NCBI GenBank assembly: GCA_000320545.1
Contig: ADNK01000062.1
Coordinates: forward strand, 1 to 51,671
Length of the DNA stretch: 51,671 nucleotides
Direction: 5' to 3'
From: Bigelowiella natans CCMP2755
Taxonomy: Eukaryota; Protista; Cercozoa
The stretch's first letter is position 1. Every line of letters begins with the position of its first letter. Position numbers and translations under genes: made by a program. Below, one piece after another: positions 24,191-35,367 of the stretch. Below the pieces are notes generated by a model. The model was not told where the DNA came from. It made no database searches and worked only from the letters and a program-made list of their open reading frames with translations.

Positions 24191-27100
24191 ATGAACCGTA
24201 CGAAGATATTTCTCATCAGCTTTTGATCGAGCCCAATACAACCCAGGACGAGGCTGAGAGCATCTATATATTGCTGGAGTAGCTGGTACACCAAGATCAT
24301 TTTCCTCTTCTGCATGTATGAACTACGAGTCAATTCATATTTCACCAATGAAAGAGCAAAATGATAGCGTTACTGACTTTGATATAGCCCCTCCGAGATG
24401 TAACTAGAAACGATGCAATGATTGTACCTCCGACACCACATTGCTGCAGGAAGTCTTTCTTTTCTTCGAAAGTGCGACTTAAAAAGGGAAGCAATTACAT
24501 GAAACTTTTAGGATCGATCTTGATAAACTACATTCTCTAACGAATTCAATTTTCATTGTATGCTCACCACTTCTTTGATTAGATCATAAGATGCAAGGGC
24601 TGGGACCACAAACCACTAAGCATGTTCAAATATTACTTTTTCCACTATGACCACAACAAAACTTCGTCGCAACTTACTTCGGGGTATGTTGGAGAAAGCT
24701 TAAATCCAACGTTGTGTACCAATGTCCATTCTGTTGACTGATGTGATAAATAAATATCAGTCCTCAAGGGACAAGAAAACTGTGAATAAAAATTTACCTT
24801 TCCGTCACTATTGTCCATTCGCAGTCGATAATAATCATTACGCGGATCAAACCAACTATCACTAGTAAATTTATTTTCTGACACAGCCTGATTAATAAAA
24901 TGGCAAATATATGTATTTCATACAAAGAATTCAAGTGCTTACCTTGGCGTGAGTGGTTGCAAAAACTGCATATTTCTCCTGTAAACGTAGTAGCTTTTGT
25001 TTTATATTAATTCAGTTTACTTTTTACTGTTCAACCTTTGACTTTGAAGATTCTTCCAGATTCGATGTTTTCTTATCGAGGGAGGCAATCTTGCCCCATA
25101 CTATCGGGGATAGTACCAATCGAAATTCTGATACTTTGACACTGTATTTTGGCAAGACGAATATTGTGACAACTTTCATTGGTATGAATAACTGTGATGG
25201 AAAGGACCTTGTATGACGAAAAGATATCAAGTACGTTGCAAGATGCTAAAAGTATGATAGTAAGATCAACAAGATGATAGAATTAAAATTGGAACGACCT
25301 TATCTGAAATGGTCAACAAATCCTTCCCAAAACAATCTATAGATCCTGTATTTTAAGTGGCATAATGAAACAAAAAATGAACAATATGCGAAGAAGAAGC
25401 GTACCGATGGACCCGAAGGCTACTGAAAACCATGGCTTGGGATTCATTGACGATCTGTATGCGAATTTAGACCAGTTATCAAAATGAAGTTTCAGCAATC
25501 ATGAATTTTATTCCCACTCAATAACGTCATGCTGTAGCCATGGTAAAGTTTCATCTTCCTCTCCGGTAATCTAAGTTTTTATAAGATTGTAGAGTAGTTT
25601 TGGGGGTTATTCGACCAACTCTTTTGTATTGGTATTTCAATTCATTTTGAAATTTTAGCGTTTTTACCTTAACCGTGTACGGTAAGAATATCAAACGGCA
25701 GTTGGTCACAAATAGAATTCCTCCAGTGAAGCGTTGGTTATAAACGTAGATGACGTAGCTAAAAAAATTGTATCAATCGGTGCTAAGTTCATAGATTATA
25801 ACAACCACCTTTGCGAGATGCAAACTATCTCGCCCTCATATAGAGGTGGACAATCCGGTTGGATCATAGTCTTAACAGTAGCCAAAAATACCTATGATCA
25901 ACAGGTCAACTTATAGCCTTTGCAAACATGCTTTGTAATCATGGTTGAATGCTCACTTTCTTGTTCATAATCTTAGAGTCGTTTGATGTTAAATCCCGGA
26001 GTTGTTTAATCTAAAATTTGAACAAAAAGAGAAATACACTAGATGCAAGGAATCCTGTTTATCATTCACTACCTGCAAGTCCTTGGATTTTTTAATTTCA
26101 TGGTATGCATTTTCCTTTGCAGTTATTAAACCATCATATTCCATAAGAATCTTACTAGTGCTCATGAGTAGTTCATGGCCTTTTCCAAACCTGTGCAAAT
26201 GTCATTTTTGCTACATTATAAAAGAACATCCTTTTATAATAAAACTGTAATTGAAAATCACTATACTCATCCAATTGCTTAAGAGCATGCTTGCAAACAA
26301 GCCTGAAATAGTGGAATGCCATTTCTGACTGGGAGTCCTAAGTTTAAATTGCTAACTAGGTCAAAAGATCAGAACAGAGTAAAGACTTTCTGCACCAAAT
26401 TACCTTCACACTTTTCATGAAATCCAACATCGCAATATCGTGCTCGCTTTGGGCATCCTGATATTGTCTTTCTGAACAGTCCGATACAACAAGAAGGCAT
26501 GCGCCGTGATACCTGTAATTTTTGCATTGCATCCATTGTCCTCGCGGATTTTCTATCCGCCTTTCGCTTTGATAAGATGTTGAAGGCCTAGAATGTTAAA
26601 ATTCACCTCCCATCCATACTGCTGGTTGTGACGTAATACCTTTTCCTTTTCCCTCAAGGCATCTAATGTGTCTTTGCAATTTTGGTCCTACATTAAAAGA
26701 GAGAAATAATTGCCTCTGTAATGTTTTTCTAGCGATAAAAAAGGGGACAACCAATGCGTGGAAAGTTTCGATACGCTGAAAATGGCTCCGCAAAAACGTA
26801 ACAATGGGCGAGATCGCAAGATCAGTGAACTTAGCTTTGCAGGCATGCAACTGAAACAAAATATTTAGACTTTGACACAAGCCCAATTCCAGATTTCAAC
26901 AAGAATTGACCTTTGCATAAAGTTCTCGAAGCAGTTGTATGTCTCCATCTTCCATTACAACATGAGATGGATCGAAGCAGTCAACCTTATTATTTACAGA
27001 TAAATAGGTATTCATTGATGCAAGAACCTATCGTCACTCCATCATTTTACACCTTATTGAAAATAGCCCAAATGTATCGATTTTCTTCTTTTGAGTGACT

Positions 27101-27262
27101 TTCACGTTTCATCCATAGGTCCAGAAGCTCGCGGCTATCCTCTTTGAGTTTGTCAAATGTCATTCTAACTTCCTTTAACGCATCGGGAACGTTGTCATTA
27201 GCATTCGCTTTGGGAGTAGGGAGAAACATGTTTGCTATGTTGACCCCGTTTTGAACCGACAT
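20147..27262 (-). CDS. Myotubularin-related phosphoinositide 3-phosphatase (catalytically intact), many short introns
   Basis: VVLHCSDGWDRTPQ active site (near 23236-23310), LSPTYP, AHFRRKERLP, IYRCSQPRPG, DPYYRT..G..YLIEKEW, FGHKF, PVFIQWLDCVYQLLHQFPESFE; GRAM-like GILFVTNCRLIF; long helical N-terminus; Ser/Pro-rich last exon (20147 to ~21040). Confidence 0.9.
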
Positions 27263-27778
27263 GCTGTTGCAGGTTAGTATTTACATTCTCAATTCTTAAT
27301 GTGAGAACTTAATTCATAACAAAGGATTTTGTAAACCTAATCTGAGGAGAGTGCTGCGAGAGAGCTTACTTTTTAGCTATTAACTTCTCAACAGTTTGTA
27401 CGCTAAAGGGGGGACAGAGGTGAGCCATGAATTGGATTGGTGCTGCCGGTGTTTGCGCCTTTTTGTTATTTTTCGATGTGACCAAGGCCATTTTACCACT
27501 GAGACTTGCAAGTTCACAAAAATTGAGGTGCAAGCCAACTCATAAATCCAAAAATGCTGCAACTCCTCGAAATGAATCATGTTTCACTCATTCACCATTT
27601 TTTCTTTTTCACCCATCTGCATCTTGAACCTGAACCAAACCATGAAAGTCCATCGATGCGCAGCGCATTGTTCTTTTCGCTTTGTCGAACGAAGACCAGT
27701 GTGGACAACGCTTGAGGTGGTGTGTGACACACACACAGCGGCAGGCGACAGGCCTGGAGGCACAGGCGCTCGCCATGT

Positions 27779-28104
27779 TGTTGCGCGTAAGGTGTTCACA
27801 GGCCGAGGCGCTACGTGCACAAGTAGGCAGGGGGGGGGAAAGGCACGTTTGCTTCCTTTTGAAGAGTTGTGTTTATTTTTATTAAAGATTATATTTTTAT
27901 TAAATCGTGCACTGCGTAATCATTCGCGAAGCTTTCGCGAATGCCGCCGCACGTGGGGCAGCACACTTCCGGTGTGCTGCCATGAGTCCCGCCGGAACCC
28001 ACGTGCCTATGCTGTATTAATATCTACGTTATCTATATTCTATATCCGCGACAACCCCTTTGTTGTCGCACGTGACTTGTGCCCGCGTAGTGGTACGCGC
28101 TACA
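27779..28104 (-). repeat. 3' LTR of copy 1
   Basis: 326-bp repeat, preceded on the minus strand by the polypurine tract. Confidence 0.97.
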
Positions 28105-28141
28105 CCTCCCCCAAGTCACGTTGCTCCTTCCTTCCTTCCTT
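28105..28141 (-). promoter_or_regulatory. Polypurine tract
   Basis: Minus strand AAGGAAGGAAGGAAGGAG...GGGGGAGG directly abutting the TG of the 3' LTR. Confidence 0.8.
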
Positions 28142-28155
28142 ATTCCCTTAGACCT

Positions 28156-31100
28156 TCATCGCTTTCGGAACTTCACCAACCACCAGGTAATAGATTCCTC
28201 TCTAACCTTATCTCCTTTGTCGCTTACCCAGAACTCACCTTCGTCCTTAGGTTCGTGTCCATACCAGCCCTCTGCATCAAGGTCCCCCAGGACCTTATAC
28301 CAGTGCTCAAAGGGTAAGTCGGGAACAGCTAGGTAGAGTAGCTGATATTTTCCGTCCTTTATTTTCATAGCTACCCTCTCCATATTTCGTAATCCAGGGT
28401 AGCCTAGATAGACAATCTTCATGCGCCAATCGTCGTTCACCCTGACCTTATTGTTTCCATATTCCACATCGAACTTAGGTCGGGGTCCTAAACAAGGCAT
28501 TGCTCGCTCCCACACAGTAGGGTTTACTTTAACATCCTCTAGGAGCTTCTCACCGATATCATAATTCTTTAGGTGACTGATGTGGCGCAAGGTGACCCTG
28601 TTCCCATCATAGATGTAGTACTGCTTCCTCCCCTTCCTCTCGGTAACCTTTGCAACGCCACCCCAGAAGGGGTCTTGTTTATTTCTCGATCTCAGATTTA
28701 CCTTGGCCCTAACATACTGTCCTTCCTTTAGAACTCGGCCATCGTACGGGACCTTCTCGTCTTCGCTCTCGGTATCGTCGTCGTTGTCGTCGCCTTCTTC
28801 CCTCTCCTTATCCTTGATACCTCCCCCAGACGTGAAGGTGTCGTTTACTAACCCTTGTATCTTGTCTGGTGTGGTGCTATTTATCCTGCTTAGGTTGGCC
28901 AAGGTGCGGTGGAGTCGCTCTACCTTGGAGTTGGACTGGGCATAGTATACAGGTGAGGCATCAATATTAGGGTGTGGTAGCTGTAGAAGAGAGGTCTCAT
29001 TATCCACATGTAACTTCTTTGGTATCTTGTTTATGCTAACTTCATCAGGGATAGCCTGGAGCTCAGACTCCCAGGTACGGTAGCAGTTAGTAAGCCTCTG
29101 CTTATATAAGCCTTTGTTCTTCTTAGCAACGTTGACCTTGATAATCTTTTTAACCCAGCACTTTCCAGTGGCCACATCAACGAAGGTAAGGTAGTGATAG
29201 CCATCGTACTTATAAACATCAATTTGCACGATATCTAAGAAGTTCCTTGCTTTGATTTTCTTAGATGCACGGCTCTTGCTGGACTCCTTGGTGGCGACGC
29301 CTGCCGCCTTCAAGCTGGAGCACCTGCAGCCACGCAGGTATGTCCTTATCTCTTTTAGCTTGTAGGGCCAGTAGTAATGGTAGAGTAGAGCAGTGATATG
29401 GTTTTCTCCTACGTGTGCAGGTCCATGGGCGGTAAAGAGAAGGGCTCCCCTGGTCCGCCGTGGCACGTAGGTACGCCTAACATTATTAGTGTATACATAT
29501 ATCCTATCACTAAGTACCTCATGCTTGTGTTTGTATTTATCCAGGTGTTCTTGAAGGTGCTGGAGCTCCTCTGGCTCAGGCAGGAAGTCGCCGTCCTCGA
29601 AGGTAATCGCGTTAACCATAGGGGTGACCTGGGTAGGGACTTTCTTTTCGAACAGCCTGCTGAAATAGTCAGCAAGCTGCTTGTCTCCTGGTGCGTAGAC
29701 CACTGTCCTCTTGTCCCTAAACTCTTCCGTGTCCGCCCTCATAGCTGCATACTCATCGTTAGGCGCTTCGAGCTTGCGGTCGATGCCTAGGAGGGGCTTG
29801 TGGTCAGTCATTAAGGTGAAGCTGGGCACCGACAGCAGGTAGTATCTTAGTTTCCTCTGCGCCTCAGTCATGGCTTTATACTCTCCTTTTGTAGGGCTGT
29901 ACTTGGCCTCAGCTGCTGTGCAGGCCCTGCCCCACACCCGTATGATCTGCTGGTCTTGGGTAAGTACAGCAGCCATACCTAGCTTAGACCAGTCTGTCCA
30001 TAGGGTAGCTGGTCTAGTAGTGTCTAGCTTAGCATTCAATAGGGTGTTGCTGCATAACTTTATTAGGTTATCGAAGTGGGCATCAAGGCCAGCCTTGGCC
30101 CACACCTTAGCGAAGCTGAGGCCTACAGAGTTCTCCTTCCGGTAAGCAGTAGTAAAAGCAGCTGCAGTCCTAGCGTAGGTAGGGGAGAACCTACGTAGTA
30201 TCCAAGCTGCAGTCTGCAAGAATGACTTTAACTCCTTTGCATTCTTAGGTTTAGGGGCTTGCTGTAGTGCTGCTACTTTCTCGGGGTTTGGGGTGATGCG
30301 GCCTTGCTCCAGGTAATATCCACACCACTTGATTCTTGTAGCTAGGAATGTACACTTCTGCAGTCTAATAGTAAAACCGAAGTGTGCAAACCTAATAAAT
30401 ATATTTTCCAGGAGGAAGATCTGAGCGACGACTGTGTTGGTACATATTATGTCATCATCCACATACACAAACACAAACACCCACAACACAGACGCCATCC
30501 CATCATGTGTGTATGCCCTGTAGTTCTGACTACTGAACGCATCCCCTGATATGCTTAGGCCGTAAGGGAATACGACGAAGTGCCACTTCCTGTGCCTGCT
30601 GGAGAACGCGGTAATGGGGCGGGAGGTTTTGTGGATGGGTGTCTGCATGTATGATTCATTTTTATCTAGGGAAGAGTAGTATTTGTATCCTATGACGTGT
30701 TCAATAACGTCATCTATCCTTGGTGTAGGTGTCTGGATCCTCTTTATTACTCGGTTGTGGCGGATGAAGTTGTGCGCCAGGCGGAAGAAAGGGTAAGTAG
30801 GTTTCTTAGCTAGCACATGTCTCACGTTCCATGGTGAGTTGCTTGGCTCTATCTTCCCTTCCTTTGCCCATTCATTGATCTGCCACTCTATCTTTTCCCA
30901 GTCCGCTTCCGGTCGCCTATGTTCTGGGTCATTGATGATGCACTCTTCGTATCCCTTCTTTAGCTCGATCTTTACTGGGGTAAGCTTGCTGGAGGGCTTC
31001 GTCGTCGGCTTGGTGATGTCAGAGTACTTCTCGTTTAATATTTTATTAATGTACTTTTTGCCTTTGTCGATATCCCAATCATCAGCTGGGGGGGTCTTGT

Positions 31101-33129
31101 CCAGTAGCTCCGTTATCTGTCGGATGGTCTTGCCGGGGTTCTTCTTCCGTAGCTCGGTAGGTGTAGGTAGCTTGTTGTCCGCTAGGTCCATAAACTCTAA
31201 CGCATTAACGCTTGACTCAGAGGTCCACTCGTCAAGCCGTATCATGTTCTGGCTGATGGTCCTGCCTGACTTCTTTGGCAACTTAGCAAAGTATATCTTG
31301 TGATTGTAGAATGATATGATCCCCCCTAATTTTTCTAGGGCATCCTGTCCGAGGAGTAGTTCCATGGATAAAGTCATGGCTACTCGGGTCTTGATTTGGG
31401 TCTCCGCGTCGCTGCCAGGTATCTGTAGCTTTAGCATTAGCTCACCGACGGTCTTCATGGAAGAGCTTCCGTCTGCTTGAGCATATTTACGTTCTTTCTT
31501 AGTCACTTGATCCAATAGTCCTAACCTTCTTACTGTGCTTAGGCTTATGAAGGACTTCGGCATGCTGCCACTATCCCAAAGGGCAGGTAGTTTCTTGTAG
31601 TCTCCGTAGCTGTCTTTAACTTTAACCTTGGTCATAGCAACTTTGATAGTCCTGTTAGCGTCTTCGTCATTAATGTTGCATACTCCTAAGTTCTTTATGT
31701 CGTCTAGGGTCATGGGCTTGTCTTGGTCCTGCGTTGCTGGTACTGCTGTCTTCGTCGGCGCCTGCTTAAGGTGATCTAATATTCCGTTTATCTGCTGCTG
31801 TATAGCATTGATACTGTTCTGCTTTTTGTTCTTATATTTATTGTTCTTCCCGTTGTTGCTGCCTTGCCATTTGCTGTTGTTATATCCTTGTCCTCTGCCT
31901 TTCTTTCTCTTTAACTTCTCGTAGTGTTCGTTGAGCTGCCTGATCGTCATCCTGGGTCGTCCTTCTTTCCTGTCTCTGCAGTCTTTAGCGGTGTGTTTCC
32001 CTTTACGTGAGCAGTATCCGCAACGTCGGTTACCTTCCCTGTCCTTGTACCAGTCTCGCTGCGGCTTAATAGCGTTAATGTTTCCTATGCCAGGTACCTT
32101 AGGGCTGGTAAACTTGCGGTCCTGCTCCTGCTCGCGTAGGGATATAGCCTGCACTGCTGCCTCCATCGTGGTGTAGCCTTTCTCCGTAACGTAAGTGGAT
32201 TCCTTTATCTTTAACTTGAACTCTTCAAACCTTGCCTGATCATCACCTGTGTTGTAATTAAAATCATGTAGTTCGTCGATCATATCCTGGAAGCGCGTGG
32301 CAAAGTCTCTAACAGGTTCTCTCTCATGCTGCATCATTGCTCTGTATTTTCTAATAGCCTGGGGTAGGGAGTTAGCATCCTGTTCATTTACAAAAGCCTT
32401 CATTATCGCCTCAACGTCTCGTAGCCCACTAACTGTAGTGTGTATTTTCTCTAGCTGCCTGATCCGGGTCCTGCCTGTCTCGTAAAGGTCCATGGCTTGC
32501 TTTATTATAGCTAGCCATTTGAGCTTGTCGTTTTCGGTGGGGTTAGGGGTAAAGTCGCAGAGTATACTCCTAGCGTTCTTCCACCACCTCCTTGCCTCAC
32601 CTCTTTTCCCGTTGTATTTCGTTATCATAACCGGTGCTGTTTTAACAGACATGAACTGGGTGTTCCGCTGTACCGGCTGCTGCTGCTTGACGGTGCTCTG
32701 GGTCGTCCCCCGCGAGGCGCCCAGACCCCCGTCGTTCCTAAACAAAGCTGCCCACTCTGGAGGTAAGTCTGCTTCGTAATCCATGATGTCCTGCATGATA
32801 GCTGCCCAAACATCATGTGTCTGATACTTGTATTCTATCGATACTTTCAGTTTGGCGTAGTTGCTCGCCCTGGGTCGCAAGGCTCGTAATGCCATTACGA
32901 CCTTCTTGCTTTCGGCGGCCACGTCCTCGTCGTCCGCCTCGTAGAAGTTCTCCAGTGCCTCTGCTGCTGCATCTGCTTTCTTAATCCCGGGTGCTGGTCC
33001 CGGCGGTGCCTGTGGAGGTGTTCCTCCTCCTTCCTTAGCGTCCGTATCGCCCTTCCTTTCCTGTTTCTGCTCGTGCCCTTGCACGGCCTGCGAGCCAAAG
33101 TCCTGCTGTTCTTCTAGCTGCTGTGACAT
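28156..33129 (-). CDS. Gag-Pol polyprotein (1657 aa): Gag/CCHC, aspartic protease, RT, RNase H, integrase, GPY/F-SH3-like region, C-terminal degenerate adenine-MTase-like domain
   Basis: CGYCSRKGKHTAKDC knuckle; ALWDSGS; PYGL...YVDD; WTDWS and TDHKPL; H..AH...CRC, VQID, HVDNE, SNSKVERLHRTL; tail DDWRMKIVYLGYPG...KIK...LYLAVPDLPFEHWY. Confidence 0.95.
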   Translation of the reverse strand: MSQQLEEQQDFGSQAVQGHEQKQERKGDTDAKEGGGTPPQAPPGPAPGIKKADAAAEALENFYEADDEDVAAESKKVVMALRALRPRASNYAKLKVSIEYKYQTHDVWAAIMQDIMDYEADLPPEWAALFRNDGGLGASRGTTQSTVKQQQPVQRNTQFMSVKTAPVMITKYNGKRGEARRWWKNARSILCDFTPNPTENDKLKWLAIIKQAMDLYETGRTRIRQLEKIHTTVSGLRDVEAIMKAFVNEQDANSLPQAIRKYRAMMQHEREPVRDFATRFQDMIDELHDFNYNTGDDQARFEEFKLKIKESTYVTEKGYTTMEAAVQAISLREQEQDRKFTSPKVPGIGNINAIKPQRDWYKDREGNRRCGYCSRKGKHTAKDCRDRKEGRPRMTIRQLNEHYEKLKRKKGRGQGYNNSKWQGSNNGKNNKYKNKKQNSINAIQQQINGILDHLKQAPTKTAVPATQDQDKPMTLDDIKNLGVCNINDEDANRTIKVAMTKVKVKDSYGDYKKLPALWDSGSMPKSFISLSTVRRLGLLDQVTKKERKYAQADGSSSMKTVGELMLKLQIPGSDAETQIKTRVAMTLSMELLLGQDALEKLGGIISFYNHKIYFAKLPKKSGRTISQNMIRLDEWTSESSVNALEFMDLADNKLPTPTELRKKNPGKTIRQITELLDKTPPADDWDIDKGKKYINKILNEKYSDITKPTTKPSSKLTPVKIELKKGYEECIINDPEHRRPEADWEKIEWQINEWAKEGKIEPSNSPWNVRHVLAKKPTYPFFRLAHNFIRHNRVIKRIQTPTPRIDDVIEHVIGYKYYSSLDKNESYMQTPIHKTSRPITAFSSRHRKWHFVVFPYGLSISGDAFSSQNYRAYTHDGMASVLWVFVFVYVDDDIICTNTVVAQIFLLENIFIRFAHFGFTIRLQKCTFLATRIKWCGYYLEQGRITPNPEKVAALQQAPKPKNAKELKSFLQTAAWILRRFSPTYARTAAAFTTAYRKENSVGLSFAKVWAKAGLDAHFDNLIKLCSNTLLNAKLDTTRPATLWTDWSKLGMAAVLTQDQQIIRVWGRACTAAEAKYSPTKGEYKAMTEAQRKLRYYLLSVPSFTLMTDHKPLLGIDRKLEAPNDEYAAMRADTEEFRDKRTVVYAPGDKQLADYFSRLFEKKVPTQVTPMVNAITFEDGDFLPEPEELQHLQEHLDKYKHKHEVLSDRIYVYTNNVRRTYVPRRTRGALLFTAHGPAHVGENHITALLYHYYWPYKLKEIRTYLRGCRCSSLKAAGVATKESSKSRASKKIKARNFLDIVQIDVYKYDGYHYLTFVDVATGKCWVKKIIKVNVAKKNKGLYKQRLTNCYRTWESELQAIPDEVSINKIPKKLHVDNETSLLQLPHPNIDASPVYYAQSNSKVERLHRTLANLSRINSTTPDKIQGLVNDTFTSGGGIKDKEREEGDDNDDDTESEDEKVPYDGRVLKEGQYVRAKVNLRSRNKQDPFWGGVAKVTERKGRKQYYIYDGNRVTLRHISHLKNYDIGEKLLEDVKVNPTVWERAMPCLGPRPKFDVEYGNNKVRVNDDWRMKIVYLGYPGLRNMERVAMKIKDGKYQLLYLAVPDLPFEHWYKVLGDLDAEGWYGHEPKDEGEFWVSDKGDKVREESITWWLVKFRKR

Positions 33130-33145
33130 TGTTAGTCAAATCGTT

Positions 33146-33163
33146 TCCCGTGTGTGGAAGCCA
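33146..33163 (-). promoter_or_regulatory. Primer binding site TGGCTTCCACACACGGGA (tRNA-Glu/Asp-like 3' end)
   Basis: Starts with TGG (complement of tRNA CCA) 5 nt inside the 5' LTR, and continues GGGAAACGA, resembling the complement of a T-arm. The tRNA identity is an inference. Confidence 0.7.
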
Positions 33164-33168
33164 AAGGT

Positions 33169-33494
33169 TGTTGCGCGTAAGGTGTTCACAGGCCGAGGCG
33201 CTACGTGCACAAGTAGGCAGGGGGGGGGAAAGGCACGTTTGCTTCCTTTTGAAGAGTTGTGTTTATTTTTATTAAAGATTATATTTTTATTAAATCGTGC
33301 ACTGCGTAATCATTCGCGAAGCTTTCGCGAATGCCGCCGCACGTGGGGCAGCACACTTCCGGTGTGCTGCCATGAGTCCCGCCGGAACCCACGTGCCTAT
33401 GCTGTATTAATATCTACGTTATCTATATTCTATATCCGCGACAACCCCTTTGTTGTCGCACGTGACTTGTGCCCGCGTAGTGGTACGCGCTACA
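33169..33494 (-). repeat. 5' LTR of copy 1
   Basis: 326-bp direct repeat of 27779-28104 and 50348-50673. Confidence 0.97.
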
Positions 33495-34190
33495 ATGTCA
33501 GCTCGGTGTTGCAGGTCGCTCCCACACTTGCAAGAAGTTGCCCGCAAACTGAAGGAAGTGAAGGCCTTTCAAGGTCTGCAACTTGTCAATTCGCTTTGGT
33601 GACAGAGCCAGAACTAAATTGTTGGGGAATCCGAACGTGGCCAATGATTTCCGCCAGTTCGCTTGCTTGCACTGATCAGTGACAGCTGGTGCAAGTTTCC
33701 CTGAATCAGGGAATGCTTTTTTGTTTTCTTTGCCTGGGCTCTTTGTTGTTCTTCGCTCTTGCACACCGGTGTGATTTTTGGTCATCGTGCTCGGCCTGGC
33801 GGGCACACATTGTCTTCGATGGCATGTAATGACTCAAATCACATCAAAGCTCCACAGAGCTAGAGCTCGTCTGGACTGTGTGTCAGTCTAGCAGTGCTAG
33901 AGTGTGGAGCTGTGGACAGCGAGAATCATGACCTGCAAAAACGAAGACTCTGTGCGTTGCGATGGTGCTCAAGTTACAAACGGCCTAGCTCTGCATGCAT
34001 CTCATCCCACAATTTTGCGCACACGCGGTGTGACAGCTATGAATAGCGCGACTCAAATGCGATTATTCACCAGAACAATGCATCGCATGTTCTTCGTAAC
34101 AGTGATCTTCATTGATTTATTATCGAGTAGTGTTTCTTTAAGTTTTTTGGAAACACAAAAATGTTCAGTGATGTTGAGTTTTTTTTAGTA

Positions 34191-35367
34191 TCATGCTCTG
34201 GAAGGTCCTTCCAGGGAACTTGCTCTATCCAATGGAGACGATGCTGTTCCTGCTTCCCCTTTGCTACCTTCAACCTTGATATCTGTTACAACTTGCTCAA
34301 GTTTCACTCCATCTTTGTTGCCATTGGTAACATCAGAAGTTTCCTGTTCGACCTTCTCGTCATTGCTAATCCATCGGAAGAAAAGCATAATCCAGATCGA
34401 ATTGAAGAAGTACGAAACGCTATACAAAAACACAGGGGTGAAAACTTTGATGCGTTCATCCTTATCGTCGAAGCTGTTCCCAATAAGAGTAATTATGAGT
34501 GTTGAGTTCTGAATTCCAGCCTCTATGCCTATTGTTCGTCGAGCAATAGGGCGAAGTCCAAATAAGGCTGCAATACCGTATGCGAAGAAGCAACCTATCA
34601 CTTGGAGAGTTGCGCAGGACCACCAAAGGCCAAAACTTTGATCAAGAAGATGGGAATCAGCGAGGAGAGCCCAAATAAGTGCTACAAAGAGGAAGATTAC
34701 TCCTAATACGGAGCCAAATTTTTCCAAACGTTTGGCCCAAATTTCTGACTTTGCGCGGATAAAAACTCCGATCCCAGTTGGAACAAGAAGCAAAAGAAGA
34801 GTTATTACAATCAATTCGTACGGAATATTGAGTCCACCATCTGTGAACGTTGTATTGATGTACACCTCGATGAGCAACGGCATCATCCCGAAAGCCAATG
34901 TAGTTGACACCGCGCTCATTGTGATACTTAACATCACGTCACCATTCGACCAATAAGTGATAAGATTAGTAGTCACGCCGCCAGGGGCCATGGCGATTAG
35001 CATTAATCCAATAGCGTGCTCGTTATTCAAACGAAAAACATTCGCGTAGAAGTATCCTAACAAGGGCATCAAACCGAATTGCGTCAGAGCCCCTGTCGAG
35101 GTTGCTATCCGCTTCTCATGGAGGCACTTCAGTACATCCTGGTACTTTATGGTGGCTCTGAATTAAAAAGGATTTAGAACATAGTATTCTAAGAATCAAA
35201 CCGACAGACAGTCAATACATTTTGCTTACCCGAGACCGAAGCCAACAAAGATGAGCATCAAGGCTGGATATGATTTTCAACAACAAGAAAATAATTATTA
35301 CACTGCAGTCTAAAGGCAGACAGCTTAGGATCTGTGTACAGAGAACTGCCTGAATGACGTCCACCAT
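34191..35367 (-). CDS. Sodium/bile-acid symporter family (SLC10/BASS) transporter, 3 exons
   Basis: MVDVIQAVLS|LMLIFVGFGLG|ATIK...LTQFGLMPLLGY, APGGVTTNLITYWSNGDVMLSITMS, RRTIGIEAGIQNS; multiple transmembrane helices. Confidence 0.92.

Larger units (their letters stand above)
27779..33494 (-). mobile_element. Complete, young Ty3/Gypsy LTR retrotransposon (5716 bp)
   Basis: Two apparently identical 326-bp LTRs with TG...CA ends and terminal inverted repeats (TGTTGCGCGTA / TACGCGCTACA); 4-bp TSD ATGT (27775-27778 and 33495-33498); PBS, PPT, and one intact gag-pol ORF in PR-RT-RH-INT order. Confidence 0.97.

Noticed and set aside
27579-28336. Plus-strand ORFs through the LTRs (also 33152-33682 and 50265-50905)
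   Set aside because: Antisense read-through of LTR/pol sequence with different, flank-derived starts in each copy.
33498-33806. ORF interrupted by the LTR element and continuing at 27778
   Set aside because: The rejoined frames contain stops and match no family I can recognise; probably decayed repeat DNA.
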